DNA of 64,000 bases from Octopus vulgaris (taxonomy: Eukaryota), in assembly GCA_951406725.2 (NCBI GenBank), contig OX597830.1, forward strand, positions 39,122,001 to 39,186,000. The letters run 5' to 3'. Below, in pieces: positions 14,989 to 28,881 of this stretch. Numbering within the stretch: the first letter of the stretch is position 1; every line of letters begins with the position of its first letter. The notes below the pieces were generated by a model, which saw only the letters and a list, made by a program, of their open reading frames with translations, made no database searches and had not been told where the DNA came from. The position numbers and the translations under genes were made by a program.

Positions 14989-17900
14989 CACTTCTCGGGA
15001 CTCTCTTGTTTCAGTCCCAATGCCAGACTGGTGTTTGTACTTGATGAAACGAATGTGTTTTAGAAAATAGATTTAGTTTAAAGTCGACCTTCTTTTAGAA
15101 CTTGCTCCGTTTCTCTATTCCTGAGTCAAGGAACTCATTACTATCTTTTTCTGTAAGTAATAGAACGGGGTATGAGCTACAGTACAACTGTTGAATATAA
15201 CGATTTATGTGCCCGAAATCTGTGAAGCGACCTACTCCACAACCAATAAAAGATATGATCCTGGAACATTGTTGGAACTGATGAAACAGTGTTCTCGGAC
15301 TGATAGTATAACCAAAGAAAGTATAACTCGAACAGTGGGCTTTAGGCTGTGAATGCTGAGAGACACGACAGGTATTTCTATACTCTACACCTCGTGGCAA
15401 TTCTGACAAGACGAAATATGCAAGAAGTGTGAAATATTCGTGTATGTCTCAAATGAGAAAATATATGGCACCGTGAACCTAGTAATTCTACGACTTGTAC
15501 GTTTGTGAGTTCATATTCCGAAATAAAATTTGCGACGCCTTTAAAACATTGTTTGAATGCATTGCACAAGGTCTTTGTTGATTCATTTTGTTTCCGTCAT
15601 TTCTGAAATTTCCATTACTCTTTTTCATTTATTTTTCATCTTTAAAGATGTCTCGTGATGTTTCGATTATCTATTATTAAAATAAAACTTTCAAGGTTTC
15701 GTAATGCTTTGATATTCTTTTCATTTATGTATGGAAATTATAGTTTCATATATGTAAAAACAAATGAAGCGTCTGATTGATTAAAATTAGCAAACATTTC
15801 AAACTTCAAAGGTGTATAGCATTTTCATTATTAATTCAGATAAAACAATCGTATAATTTTCATTATTATTATACATAATTACATCAATGTAGAAAATTAG
15901 AGACAAATCGGACGCTGAAAATGAAATGGATAAGATCCCATTTTTTTCTAATGAAATCTACGATTGATATAAATATTTCTAACAATTCTGCCAATCAAAA
16001 GCTGCAGCTTATCTTTAAGCTATGAATGTTGTGTACATCAAAATTAGAAGATAAAAATGTATTATTTATAGCAAAACCTTGAATTTCATAAAATTAATTT
16101 CTAAAGGACAATGACTTAAAATAACGGATGAAATACTGAATGAAACGCAAGTAATCATTTACTTGTGGATTTAAGCGTGTGTAACTCTTTTTGTTATATT
16201 TTGAATATTTTATCATTTCAACAAAAAATAACAAAAGTATGAAAAGTTAATCTCTTTCAGTTAACTTCCAAGGACACGATGAAGAGGCTTGTTGACTTTT
16301 TAAGGAGAATAATGAAGGAAAATGCAGGCTTTAATCTAAAATAAATATAAAGACATTTAAATAAACATCGTCGTTTTATTTTTTTTTAAACTATTTAAAA
16401 ACCGTTATTGATGTGATTATAAAATTAAATCTTAAGACGGTGTCGTGAATTCTGTAAATGTCAAGCAATGTTGAACTTCTGATAATTTCGAAACAAATGA
16501 ATACATCAGTAACAAAAAGGAAAATTAAACGTTTGTATTTGTGAATTTAAAATTAATTTAGAGGATTTCATTACGTTATTGGAATGATAATGTATAAAAT
16601 TAAAGTTTGAGTATCAGAAAATATATAAGAAAATACGATACCAAAAATGTATAAAGTATTGTTTTAGTAAAAAAAAATTACATTTTTTTCTTTAATAATA
16701 ACGATTTCTGGGAAAATCAATGAAACACCTGGTTTAATTACCGAAGAAATGTTATTTGTAAAGTCAGAAATGTTTTTAAAATAATTAACACAATGAAAAG
16801 TAAGATAACAAAAACATATTTATTTCAATGGTACACAATTCAGAATAACTATGTCCACATCATCATCATCGGTTAACGTCCGCCTTCTACGCAGGGGAGG
16901 TTGGGATGGTTCTATATTTATAAAACTTCTTATAGAGAATTATACATGCCAATTGAATCAACAATACATGTTAAGCCTTTACATTCTAAGTTCCAGTTTT
17001 GTCAGTGTTTACAACTACCAGCCATAGCAATGGGTCACGTAACGAAAGTGTACTAATGAGTAGCTCGACCAGGTTTTCATACCAGCTTCAAATGATACAT
17101 TTCTCAACACTCGTCCTTGTACATGAATGACATCCTAATGAAAGCAGATAAAGGAAGAGAAAATTCTTTTTCACCTAACAGAATAAATGTAATCCAGAAT
17201 CAATATATTCAGTTCGCTTTTCAGCACATTTCCCACTCTTCTACCTGCACATTAAAAGCTTTCTAAAATAGCCAAGGAGGAGGCATCCTGTATACAGTTG
17301 TTCAACATGCTCGAAAGCGCATCCAAATGTGCCTCATATTCTACCCCACTGTGTCTAAGAAATAAAGGCAACCTATAGCATAAGGTGTAATATAATTATT
17401 GAAACTGAAATACTTTTATCACAGATTTGATGGATAAGCTGTGGTCGGGAACTAACTGACCACAAGGTATTTGTTTTTGAACGGAAGTGCTAATCTCAAA
17501 TATTCTATAGGACCCTAAAAACCATTTGTATTCATTTTACAGACTGGCATCCTCCTTCAGAGGGACGAAACTAAATACACCTCCACTACCATTTTATTCG
17601 TTTCCTTGCTGTTATATCTCAAGATAAACAAGTGCTTTTATACTGGCATAGCAAATCTTTATAGACAAATATATGTATAGCGAGATTAATCGTAAGCAGA
17701 AAAGAAAGCAAATTTCGATCTGTAAATATTCAAAAACGTAATAGAACACAACTAAATGCATCACGTTATTTATTTACTTAATTATTCAGCAAATTCTTCC
17801 TCTATATTTCAGAATAATAGTGTTTGTTTTGCTTTATAAGCAAAATGTAAGATGTTTTCGGGTTAAGAAAACTTGCTTCATTCACAGTTTTTCACTGATA

Positions 17901-20079
17901 TTTGTTTTCTCGAAATCGGAGGAACCACATGTAAAGCCAAATTTGATGATGTTTGCTCATATAATTTAGCTAAATGGTTTACACGGTACTTTATCTCACG
18001 CCCCACAAACTTTGCAATCCACCGCCAATCAAGTAAGAAAATGTCGCAGATGACAAAGTGGATAGAGTATTATTATCCTACCTGTTGAAAGATTGTGAAA
18101 GATTGTCAACTATTATCAAGACACATCTTCTTCATCTTTTCGAAAGTGTGAAATCAAAATTTCACGTTGCTTTCTATTCCACTGAAATCAAAACAATGGC
18201 CCTAGTAACGCAAGATAGACACTTTAAGAAAGTAATTGATACTTATTATTCAAAATATTTCCCAAAAGTTATATATTTCATATTGATAATGTTATTAACT
18301 GAAACGGCAGAAAAACACCTGGTAAATGCACAAATATTCTTTACATTTAGCATCGAATTCCATATGCTCTAACAGTGATAAAAGTGAACATTATTATGTT
18401 AATATTTTTCGCAAAGATATTGCCGGTGGATGCTAAATAATTTTAAATGGTGTCCATTTAAATGGCGCTGTGATCTCAGCTTGAGTTGAACAAACGCTTT
18501 TATATGTTACAAATTCGGTTGTTCGTTATGAGAAAAATGAAGTTTATAACACCAAAGTCGTATATATGAATTGATTTCAACCAAATATATTTATAAAATG
18601 CATCATCTAGTACCTAAAATATCTGCTAAATTGATGTTTTTTTTAAGCATAAAACAAACGAATATCCATTTCTATCCGGAAGTGTTAATAATGCCTATAG
18701 GTTGATTATCTTTTCTTTCGACCTTAAATGAAAATATAATCTGATTTCAAAGATAACACGTAATTTAGAATATAATTTAGATAAAGCACATGGAAATAGA
18801 TAAAGATGTGTTACTGCTTTTAAAAACCTGGCGTAAATTTAAATGTGTGAAATAGATAATGAAGGAATAATGAGATTATTTTATTACAACACGCTTTTGC
18901 TGCAAGTTTATACACTAAATTAAATTTTTAAGAACAGCTCATTGTTATTATCGATTTAATTTCTCTAAGTGAAACATCAAAATTGAAGAAATAGATTAAA
19001 ATTGAACCTGCATATAAGTGAACGTAATTAAAACTTCATAAATAAAGAGCATATAATCAAGGAAATCGATATTGAAGACTAGACTATTAGCCGTACTTAT
19101 AACACTTAGCTCGAGGAAACGTCAGATTTAAGAGGATATCAATTTCTGCCGGTGTATCAATTTCTGTTCTTGTAGTCTACCGACTGTTCTATTTTTCTTG
19201 AAATAGTTGAAAGAACCTGAAAAACGTTGGGTTAAATTCATACCACTTTTGTGCACATATCCATTTTTCTTTCTTTTAAAGATCATATTATTATTTAGAT
19301 AATATGTTTGATTCAATTTAATATTTCCCCTTATATAACACGTTAAAGTTTGGAAAACTTCGCTTGTTTACTGTGTTTTTGTATGACTGCACAGCGTATG
19401 CGTTGTCTTTAAGAGGAGCATAAGGATGTTGTTATGGGGTTATAATTACATCAGTACCCAGATACCAATCAAGCATCAGTACAAGACATTGCATAGAACC
19501 ATACACTTTTGTACAACTACACTGATAAATATGTTCTTATTGATTTCGCCGATGAAAGCAGTGCTATCAGAGAAAACTTTATAGAAATTTCATTAGCTTA
19601 TATAACAACATGATCACTAACTTACAGGAGAATTACACAATTGCAGGAAACCTTACAATATATTGAATTAAAGCATAATACCACCAGATATAATACTCAA
19701 GTTCACCAGATGGCGTCTCTGAACTGTTCGTTCTCTAAACAAATCTATTTTGTTGATGGCAACGAGTGTAAGTATTTCACGTTTACACTTGTGAATTTAA
19801 CATCATTATATCGGTCAGGTGAGTCCTAAGCTTTGCTGATGACATCATAATAGCACCAAAACGTATCCGAGCTCATTTTCCGTTCTCTTTGAAATATTTA
19901 AAATTTGATTTATGTTGCATATTCCAAGTTGCAAATATTGTATGAACGTGTTAATGATTACGTATGCTAATACTAACTTAGTTACTGGTTTATTTTCTTG
20001 TTTCTAGTGAATGAAATACTTGTGATTTCAGTAACGTTGTGCTTTTCGTGACAGTTATATATATATATATATATATACC

Positions 20080-22500
20080 AGAATAAGCACATAAATGCGA
20101 AACAAAGGGGGGAAAATAGTACACCAGTGCCAGAGGTAGAGTAATATGCTTTATTAAAAAGCAGCAAAAATATCACAGAAACTGTTACTCAGAGTTTCAC
20201 GCTGCCGTTCGTCTGACAGTTTTGTTTAGAACGGAGGAAAATAAAGTTATATTCAGAAATATAATTACTTTGATAGATACACATTTGAAAATGGTTCTGT
20301 TTCATTGGTCCATTCAACTAACGGTCTTTTCAATAACCGGTTGCACGAAATGATAAATTGCGGTTTGAAATCAAATTATTATAAAAATTTTAGAAAACCT
20401 TAGATCGGAAATAGCTTATAAAGAAGGAAAAGGACCTGAATTCCGAGGGTAAATAATTAGTTGTAAAATTAATAATAAATTTAATGATATTTATCCGTTT
20501 AAAAAAATTCATGCTAGAATACACACACACACATAAGCACATACACACGCACACACACACACACACACATATTTATATATATATATATATATATAGCAAT
20601 GCATACACAAACCAAGCAATCTATAATATACGTATATAGACTAAACATACAGACGTAGGTATATAGCTACATATATATACAGACATATATAAGCAAAACA
20701 TAAATATATACAAATGTATATATATGTGTGCACGTGCACAAACCTCCTGGTGTATGCTTATGCAACTTACTTGTTACAGGCGAAAGAAAGAAAAGGAAAA
20801 AAGAATCAGAGAATAACGAGTGGGCGAGAAAAGAAAAGGGGAAAAGATAAAAGGAAAAATAAGCAGAACATTAGAGAGAGAGGGTGGAAATAGATAGATG
20901 TAGAGAGAGAGTGTGAAATGATTGGCGTTACTATAAGTATCTAAGGATTTAAATGCAGTCCCATCTTCAGCTGCACAAATAAATTAATAGGATTTTAACC
21001 AGTCGTATATATTAATATAATTTTACTCAAATACTTTCACAGAGCAAGAAGATGGAAGAAATTCATGTTGTCGCTATTGTAGCTAAGAATAGTCTACACT
21101 TTCAAGAATTACATTAAACCCATTGGGATCATAGTTTGTAAAGGACTGTAATTCTTTTATAAATCATTTATCTCTTTATCAACAACCAAATCTAAGACTA
21201 GAAGAATGTGTCTATTTTGAATAAAGGGCACGAGTGAGTTGACAGCTCATGGCTTGGTATGGTCAAAAATATTGTCATATGTATCCCTTTGCCTCAAGGA
21301 GAAAATAAGACATTAGAAGTAGTCAATTGGATATAAAGTAACTGTCTATAAAAAGAAGCTGGGTAGTGGAAGACATTAAATCATGATGTTAATTACCGGT
21401 TAAAAGGGCAAGACACTAAGAAACCTAGGATGTTATTACATAGGAAATTTTATCTTGGGGAATTATGGGTGGTTGTTTATAAACAATATTGTTATGTTGT
21501 ATAAAAATAAAATTGAAGATTTTCAAAAATGATATCATAGCCTAGATAAGTAATATGTATGTATTTATCAATAATAAACATTAAAAAGGAAACATTGCAT
21601 ACAATCAGTTTAATATTCATTCATGTACTTGTTTAATTACTTATTGTGATTTCTATAAAGAGTTCTCAGGGCATTCAATTGTGGAATAACTGGGAAGACA
21701 AACATGCTATCTATATATTAATTTAAGCCATGAATCAGAAAAAAATTAAGATATCTACATATTTATATATGTGCACAAATGTACACATACACATACACAA
21801 ATGTTTATACGTATATATGGATATATTATAATCATCTTGCACCGACTGAAAAATGCGTATTTTACAACAGCAACAATTTATAGGAAATAAGAGGTTAATA
21901 GGTAAGGCTATCAAAATAAGAAAACGAAATGATAAAAATTTATAGAAAATAATAAGAAATACATATAACCTACATTTAAAGAGGGAGGAGATAAAGGTAA
22001 TCCGAAAAGAGGGGGTAATAAGTATGAGCGTAACGAGGGCACTGTAAGGTATTCAGACCGAAGAGATCTTATAAGGTGTAATGTTACAGGTACTATTATA
22101 TATATGATTTTATAGTTTCTAGGGGGTATATAATTTAGACGAAAAGAGACTTACATAAAATCACTACAAATATACATAATATGATTAGTAGAGAAGAACG
22201 TCATAGAAAAGAAAATAGCGTAATCACCAATATATGATGAAGTCAAAATAAGTAGGCAGGAATTATTATGGGATAGTGTTACATATAGCACACTACATAC
22301 CAGAACATATAGCTTATAACATATGCAATACAATTTAATATAAGATAACATAATATCCCATGATTCTATTATATTTAATACCAGAGCGTAAGTTTATAAC
22401 GGGTACGACACCAAAATTAATTTCCACCATCAAAGTTTAAGTATGGCGCCTATAATCGTTAGTTTCGCGAAATACTTAAATGTACGTTTGACGCTATGCA
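20080..22500 (-). mobile_element. Old PLE-like remnant, left arm of a 4-kb imperfect palindrome
   Basis: 20148-20944 matches the reverse complement of 23388-24092, and 21056-21205 matches that of 22517-22666. HHR motif near the 3' end; terminates at (TA)n 20056-20076. Confidence 0.6.
20179..20222 (-). ncRNA. Type-I hammerhead ribozyme motif with one core change (CAGACGA)
   Basis: AAACUGU-CAGACGA-ACG(GCAG)CGU-GAA-ACUC(U)GAGU-A|ACAGUUU: 7-bp stem I, 3-bp stem II, near-palindromic stem III, GUA site. Confidence 0.7.
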
Positions 22501-22516
22501 CGCATGATACCCTTAA

Positions 22517-22672
22517 TCTTTTAGACTTAGATTTAGTGGTGGATAAAGAGATAAATGATTTAGAAATAAATTACAATCTTTCACAACCTATGACCCCAAT
22601 GGGTTTCATGTGATTCTTAAAAGTGTAGTCTATTCTTAGCTACAATAGCGATAACATGAATTTCTTATTTTG

Positions 22673-22736
<64 letters not shown>

Positions 22737-22809
22737 AATATATACACATATATATACATATACATATATATATTTATATCTATATATATATATGTATATG
22801 TAAATATAC

Positions 22810-22849
<40 letters not shown>

Positions 22850-22903
22850 ATGTATATGTATATGTATATATAGATATACACATACACACACATACATATA
22901 CAT

Positions 22904-22946
<43 letters not shown>

Positions 22947-24091
22947 CATATCTTCACTCCGCGATAAATATATAGATCACATCTAGATAAATGTATGCAT
23001 CCATCAGAACATATATACCTTATGATGTATATTTATCTTGATATGAAGATATGTGTATGTATGTATATGAATGAATGTGTGTGTATGTGTATATGTATGT
23101 ATATATATATATATATAAATATATATATGTATATGTATATATGTATATATATACATATATATATGTGTGTTTATATATACACACATATATATATGTGTAT
23201 ATGTATGTATATTTATATATATATGGGGGTAGGTATTTGCGTACATATTTATTTGTATATTTTTATGCGTCACTAAATATATGTGTACTTGTATGTACGT
23301 TTGTATTTATGTAGATATGCATGTCGTTTTATGTGTGTGTTTTTATATGTGTGCGTTTTGCAAGCTGAACGGAGTGCCAATCTTTCGTTAGATACTTATT
23401 GGAACGCCAATCATTTCACACTCTCTCAGCCTCTATCTATTTTCCCTATCTCTATCTAATTTTCTGTTTCGTTTCTTTTTATTTCTTTTTCTTCTTTCCC
23501 CCACGAGTTTTTATCTGATTCTTTTTTTCTTTTCTTTCTTTCGCCTGTGACAAGTAAGTTGCATAAGCGTATAGTGAGGTTTTGTGCTCGTGCGTGTGTG
23601 TACGTGCATACGTATGTATGCATTTGATGTATGTAGCCGTGTACCTACGTCTGTATGTTTAGTCTATATACGTATATTGGAGATTGTTTGGTATGTGCAT
23701 GTATTGCTATATGGATATGTATTTTAGCATGATTTTTTTTAAAACGATATATCTTTTAATTTATTATTATTTGTACAACTAATTATTTACCGTCGGTATT
23801 CTGGTATTTTTCCTTCTTCATAAACTATTTTCGTTTTAAGGTTTTCATCGATTTTTATAATAATATAATTCTAAACCGCAATTTGTTATTTTATGCAACA
23901 GGTTATTGAAAAGATCGTTAGTTGAAAGGACCGATGAAACAGAACCATTTTCCAATGTATATCTATCAAAGTAATTGCATTTCTGCATATAACTTTATCT
24001 TGCTCCATTCTAAACAAAACAGTCCGATAAACGGGAACGTGAAACTCTGAATAACAGTTTTTGTGTTATTTTTGCTGCTTTAAATAAAGTG

Positions 24092-24092
<1 letters not shown>
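22517..24092 (+). mobile_element. Inverted, 5'-truncated partner copy (right arm) interrupted by TA/TG expansions
   Basis: Reverse-complement homology to 20148-20944 and 21056-21205, roughly 80% by eye. Confidence 0.65.
24017..24060 (+). ncRNA. Decayed copy of the 20179 hammerhead
   Basis: AAACAGU-CCGAUAA-ACG(GGAA)CGU-GAAACUCUGAAUA-ACAGUUU. Confidence 0.55.
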
Positions 24093-24155
<63 letters not shown>

Positions 24156-24422
24156 ATCAATAACAAAGTCATTTGATCCGTGTAGGAGAGGTGCAGCCAA
24201 ATGGTAGGTATCCTTAGAGGTAAAAAAATCCAATGGAGAGGTAGTAGTGTCCGTCGAGGAAAGGTAAGAGTTGATAGTGGTAGAATATAGGATTAAAGGG
24301 AGACCACGTGAGCGCGTGATATATAACGGGAAAGTTTACGAAAATAAACAAAAGACGAAGGTATGTGAAGTACAAACAAACAAATGTATTAGTATAGCGC
24401 TCAGGAATAGAAATAGAAAAAG

Positions 24423-24460
24423 TATTTTACGTTTCGAGCCTACGCTCTTCGACAGAAAGA
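24423..24460 (-). ncRNA. Minimal hammerhead-like motif with CUGUCGA core
   Basis: UCUUU-CUGUCGA-A-GAGC(GUAG)GCUC-GAAAC-GUA-AAAUA; second copy at 28882-28920. Confidence 0.5.
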
Positions 24461-24564
24461 TACACAGAAAAAAACAAGGAGAGAAACAAGGAGAGAAAAA
24501 ATGCGTGTAGGAGATAACAATCTACCATGGCGTAAACTTTCCCGTTATATATATATATATATAT

Positions 24565-24770
24565 ATAAAGTTAATCTAAACAAGAAAACACAGAAAAACA
24601 CAGCCACGCGAGGACGTGGAACAAATAAAGTATTATTGGACGCTCAGGAAAGAAGGGAAGAAGGAGGGTTTAACGTTTCGAGCGGAGCTCTTTGTCGGAA
24701 ACATAGAAGGAAAGATCCCGAGAAGGGAAGACAAAGGAAAAAAATCGCTGGCGGTACTCACGAGGTTACG
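24565..24770 (-). mobile_element. PLE-type terminal remnant with minimal HHR-like motif (24669-24701)
   Basis: UUU-CCGACAA-A-GAGC(UCC)GCUC-GAAAC-GUU-AAA; abuts (TA)n at 24547-24566; homologous to 8210-8340. Confidence 0.55.
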
Positions 24771-25483
24771 AACGAAAATAATTATATTCAGATAATTTCT
24801 CGTTCTTATGTTACCGCATTAGAACACCGCTCTCTGGTTCTGCAAGGCATGAGAAAAAACTTATCTAGAGGTAGGCAGTATAATTTTGCCGCGCTTTTTA
24901 CTGTCTAGGTAAACTATAATGACTACTCCTTAATACGAGGTGAGTTAGTCCGTGCTGTGAGCCGATGAAACCGGGAGGTTTGAGTTTGCGGTAAGTCGAA
25001 GTGTGAGGTGCTGGAAGCCTATGTGAACGGTTTATTGTAGTAGTAGTCGGTGCCATGCGGTCGATGTGTGTGATAGTGAAGGCCAAAATTTGTGGAACAG
25101 TTGACACAGCACTTGGTGTCGAATGTGAAACTGGCTTTGATAGTTAACGTAAATTGTGAACTTGGTAACGTAAAGAAATCGGAATAGTGCAGTGAATTCG
25201 GAAGTGACAGCAGAGTCCAGTCGAAAAAAAGATTAAAACAATAAATAGAAAATAAATCCTAACAGGAATAAAAGAAAACCCCCCTAAAGAAATCTACACA
25301 TTTCAGAATTAAACGAAAGAAGTCTGTAAAAAGAATTGTCTATTTATTCCATAATTTTTTATTGGTCCTTTAATTAACGTTATTTTATTTTGATTATACT
25401 CAACCGTTTTGTTTGTTGTTTTCAATACTCCCGACTACTTTAAAAACTGTTTCTTCCGCTTTAAGCAAGTTGGTTTGCTGAGC

Positions 25484-25830
25484 TCACTTATGCAGTCTTC
25501 TGAGCTTGCGGACATAGACTGTTGGGAGACTGTTGGTGTTATCAGGAGATCTAGTGCATCGTAACAATACTTCTATGTGTGCTTGTGTGTGTATGTACGT
25601 GTGTTTGTGCGAGTGTGTGTATATGTTAGTGTGTGTATAGAGAAGCGTGTATGTATATAAATATATATGTGTGTATATATATATGTGCGTGTATATGTGT
25701 CTGTGTGTGTGTATATATACACGTATTTATGTGTGTGTGTGTGTGTTCGCCTACGCGGTCTTCTGAGATAGCGGACACACTGTTGGAGGCTGTTGGTGGT
25801 ATCAGGAGGTCGAGTGCAGCGTAACAATAC
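25484..25830. repeat. Diverged direct duplication of about 85 bp (25484-25570 and 25746-25830), each copy followed by a TG/TA tract
   Basis: GTCTTCTGAG..GCGGACA..CTGTTGG..CTGTTGGTG.TATCAGGAG.TC.AGTGCA.CGTAACAATAC occurs twice. Confidence 0.8.
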
Positions 25831-26014
25831 ATATGTGTGTGTGTGTGTGTGCGTGTCAATTTGTGTGTATATATGTATGTGTGTGCGTATATAATAGAGT
25901 ATGAACATACATGTGTGTATGTGAGTGTGTGTATATATGTCCGTGTGCCTGGGTCTGCGTATGTGTATGTATGTGTACATGTATGTGTATATATATATAT
26001 ATGTGTGTGTGTAA

Positions 26015-26078
<64 letters not shown>

Positions 26079-26079
<1 letters not shown>

Positions 26080-26333
26080 GACGCGTGGTTTAGTGGTTAG
26101 GGCATTTGGCTCACGATTGTATAGTCGTGAGTTCGATTCCCTTGATGCGTTGTGTCCTTGGGCAAGACACTTTATTTCACGTTGCTCCAGTCCACTCAAC
26201 TGGCAAAAATGAGGTGTACCTGTATTTCAAAGGACCGGCCTTGTCACACTTTGCATCACGCTGAATCTCCCTGAGAACTACGTTAGGGGTACGCGTGTCT
26301 GTGGATCGCTCAATTTCACGAGCAGGTTGCTCC
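26079..26333 (+). mobile_element. tRNA-derived CORE-type SINE (family C)
   Basis: A-box TGGTTTAGTGG, B-box GAGTTCGATTCC, CORE-like TGTGTCCTTGGGCAAGACACTTTATTTC; inserted in (TG)n. Confidence 0.8.
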
Positions 26334-28591
26334 TTATATGTGTGTATATATATGTGTGTGTAGATGTGTGTACACGTATATGTGTGTAAATCTGTGTGTG
26401 TGTATATATATGTGTGTGTGTGTGTTTATATGTATATGTGCATATATGTGTGTGTACACGTGTGTGCGCGTGTATATATGTGCGAATCTAGTGCGCATCA
26501 GTCTAAGATTAAGCAAAACTTCAAAGAAAATTGAATAATTGACTACCAGCTTGATGCACTTAGAATTCTTACATCCAGTTGTGATTCATTAATTATTTGT
26601 GTGTCCAGGAGATTCCCAATGTCTTCTGAGGAGACACTTTGTATCTTTCGACGAGATTTTCATGACTTAGTGAAGGAAATCAAGATGACGGTAGGAACAT
26701 ATTGTGTCTTCGTTCTTGTGTATGTTTTGATGCCAAAGTTTTACTAAAACGTGGATAAATCAATTAACGTGTAAATATTGTTACGATCCTGGAGAACAAT
26801 GGATTGTTTCATAGTTATTGAAGAAATCACCATAATGGCTGCCTTGATATTTGCCATCCCTCTTCGTAACGCAATATCAATGCATCTGCTATCTTATACA
26901 TTCAAACCAAAATACTTAAAGCCTCGTAAATATCGCGACTTCTACTCCAATAGCGTCTTCATATTTTGACATACTTGGCTAGAATGACATTCCTGGATTT
27001 TTATGTTTATTTTAGAACAAATTGCTTGAGATGAAAATGTGAGACATTCACAAAATCTCGTGTTGTGATGACTTAGCAACTGGCATGCTATCATACTATA
27101 TTCGCCACCCACTACGTTTTTGGGTAGATATATTGTGCTTCACATGGAACTTATATTCGTAGAATATATTAGAGTTGATAAAGTAATTGATTGTTTGTCA
27201 ATAAGTTACGATTTCACATTCATTATTACACTTTCACTTTCTTCTTCCGATTTAGTTAAGTGGAAGGAATGACTTGCTTACAATCAAGGAATAGCTTGCT
27301 GTATTCAGAATTCCTTTTCCTTGAAATATGTTATATTGAAATACCCCACTTTGAAACCAGAGCCATGCACAGCCTTTCATGAGCAGTTTTGTAAAATCAG
27401 AGCCATTTACTATATAATTTACAGAAGCCAGTTAATGCAAGAACGTATAATCACTGGAAGTTGTGAGTAATGGAAGTTAAGTAAATCAAGAATCTAGAAT
27501 CGAACTTGTCTTTTTATACCAACAATCTAACGCTTTACCGCATGATACACAGCATTCGTTATTTAATAACTATTATTAGTATTAATATATTACATTGATT
27601 TCAGGATTGCTAATTGAATCGGTGACTAAAATTTCACTTCATTGTATGAATTAAATATAAACATGGAGAATACAGATATAAAAAACTATTTTACTCCTGA
27701 ATTGTGTCGGCAATAACATGCGTCTTCCACTAAATATGAAACGCTCTAAATGAAAACAAAAATACCACTTATATCGATCATTTTATTTTCTCTTTACATT
27801 ATAAGCTATGAAGCTTGAAAGTCTATTTTCTTCAAAAATCATATTATTTTCTTTCCAATTTACGTCCGTATTTAGGAACACTAAGAATTATTCTATGCCA
27901 TTAGCTGTAAAATTGTTTGCCATATTCATTAACTTCTTTTCATTTGTTTTCTTTTTTTATAAATTTTAAACATTAAGGTAAGACCTTCAGAGTAAACATC
28001 AATTTTTAACGATCAACATCTTCTTTGCTAAATGAGTTTAAGTACGGAGCAAAATTTCATTGATCACTTTCCAATATTTATTTCTTACCACACTATCGAC
28101 GTATAAATGAGGTGGTGTGGCGCTTATATTTTCTTTATATTTTCCTCAAAAGCAATACTAGTCAATCAGTTGGGAATTGAGTTCAAACAGGAATTGACAA
28201 CGACTTGCAAACGTTATATGCTTACTTCATATTCTCCGATGTTTACAGAAGATTTTAATATATTGCTTTAATACAAACAGCTGACTTCATTAGAATGAAG
28301 AATATTGTTTACTTAATCGACCTGAGGGCTTTTATTTCTATTAATTTATAGACACTGGAGTGATAAAGTGCAAAGTCAAATCCTGGTGGATTCGAATGGA
28401 TCAGGATGGCGAGAAAAGTTAAACACTCATTTACACATAGTGCAGTGCTGTACAATTTATCATTATATTTACATAAAGCGATATATATGTATATATATAT
28501 ATATGTTATATAGATAGATACACACACACATATATATATATACATAATTATAAACATATACATATATATATATATATTTATTATATAGAAG

Positions 28592-28644
28592 GAGCTTCTA
28601 CAGGACTAGAACTGTTTCATTCAAGAGAAATCTTCAGGAAGCTC
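28592..28644 (-). ncRNA. Type-I hammerhead ribozyme with canonical core
   Basis: GAGCUUC-CUGAAGA-U-UUC(UCUU)GAA-U-GAA-ACAG(UUCUAGUC)CUGU-A|GAAGCUC: 7-bp stem I, 4-bp stem III, GUA site; U-U at the base of stem II. Confidence 0.8.
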
Positions 28645-28645
28645 A

Positions 28646-28698
28646 GGGCTTCCTGAAGATTTCTCTTGAATGAAACAGTTCTAGTCCTGTAGAACTCC
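28646..28698 (+). ncRNA. Mirror copy of the hammerhead; stem I weakened by a 1-nt deletion
   Basis: GGGCUUC-CUGAAGA..GAAACAG..CUGUA|GAACUCC; predicted cut after 28691. Confidence 0.7.
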
Positions 28699-28782
28699 TT
28701 CTATATAATAAATTAATTTTACTCTGCTATGTATTGAGTACCTTATTTACTGTGGTTAACCCCGAATCAACCCGGGACCTAC

Positions 28783-28813
<31 letters not shown>

Positions 28814-28881
28814 CAAAAGACGAAGACGGGTGTGTAAACAACAAACAGATGTATTAGTTTAACGCTCGGGAAGTGAGAAAG

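Larger units (their letters stand above)
28577..28712. repeat. Near-perfect palindrome (68/67-bp arms, 1-nt spacer)
   Basis: 28577-28644 is the reverse complement of 28646-28712 except for one substitution and one 1-nt indel. Confidence 0.95.

Noticed and set aside
15750-16020. Weak inverted similarity (TCTGATTG..AAATT / AATTCTGCCAATCAAAAGC) suggesting an old MITE
   Set aside because: Too degenerate to define termini or a TSD.
20950-21400. Possible decayed GIY-YIG coding on the minus strand (IW..K, YDP motifs)
   Set aside because: Too many stops and frameshifts to support by eye; needs a profile search.
24902-25125. TGTC..GACA segment followed by TGGTGTCG (solo LTR plus PBS?) and an internal CCGATGA-AACC/GGTT stem
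   Set aside because: No TSD, no second LTR or gag/pol remnant, and no GAAA/NUH to complete a hammerhead.
26081-26145. tRNA gene
   Set aside because: A and B boxes are present but there is no complete cloverleaf and it continues into a CORE domain; it is a SINE head.
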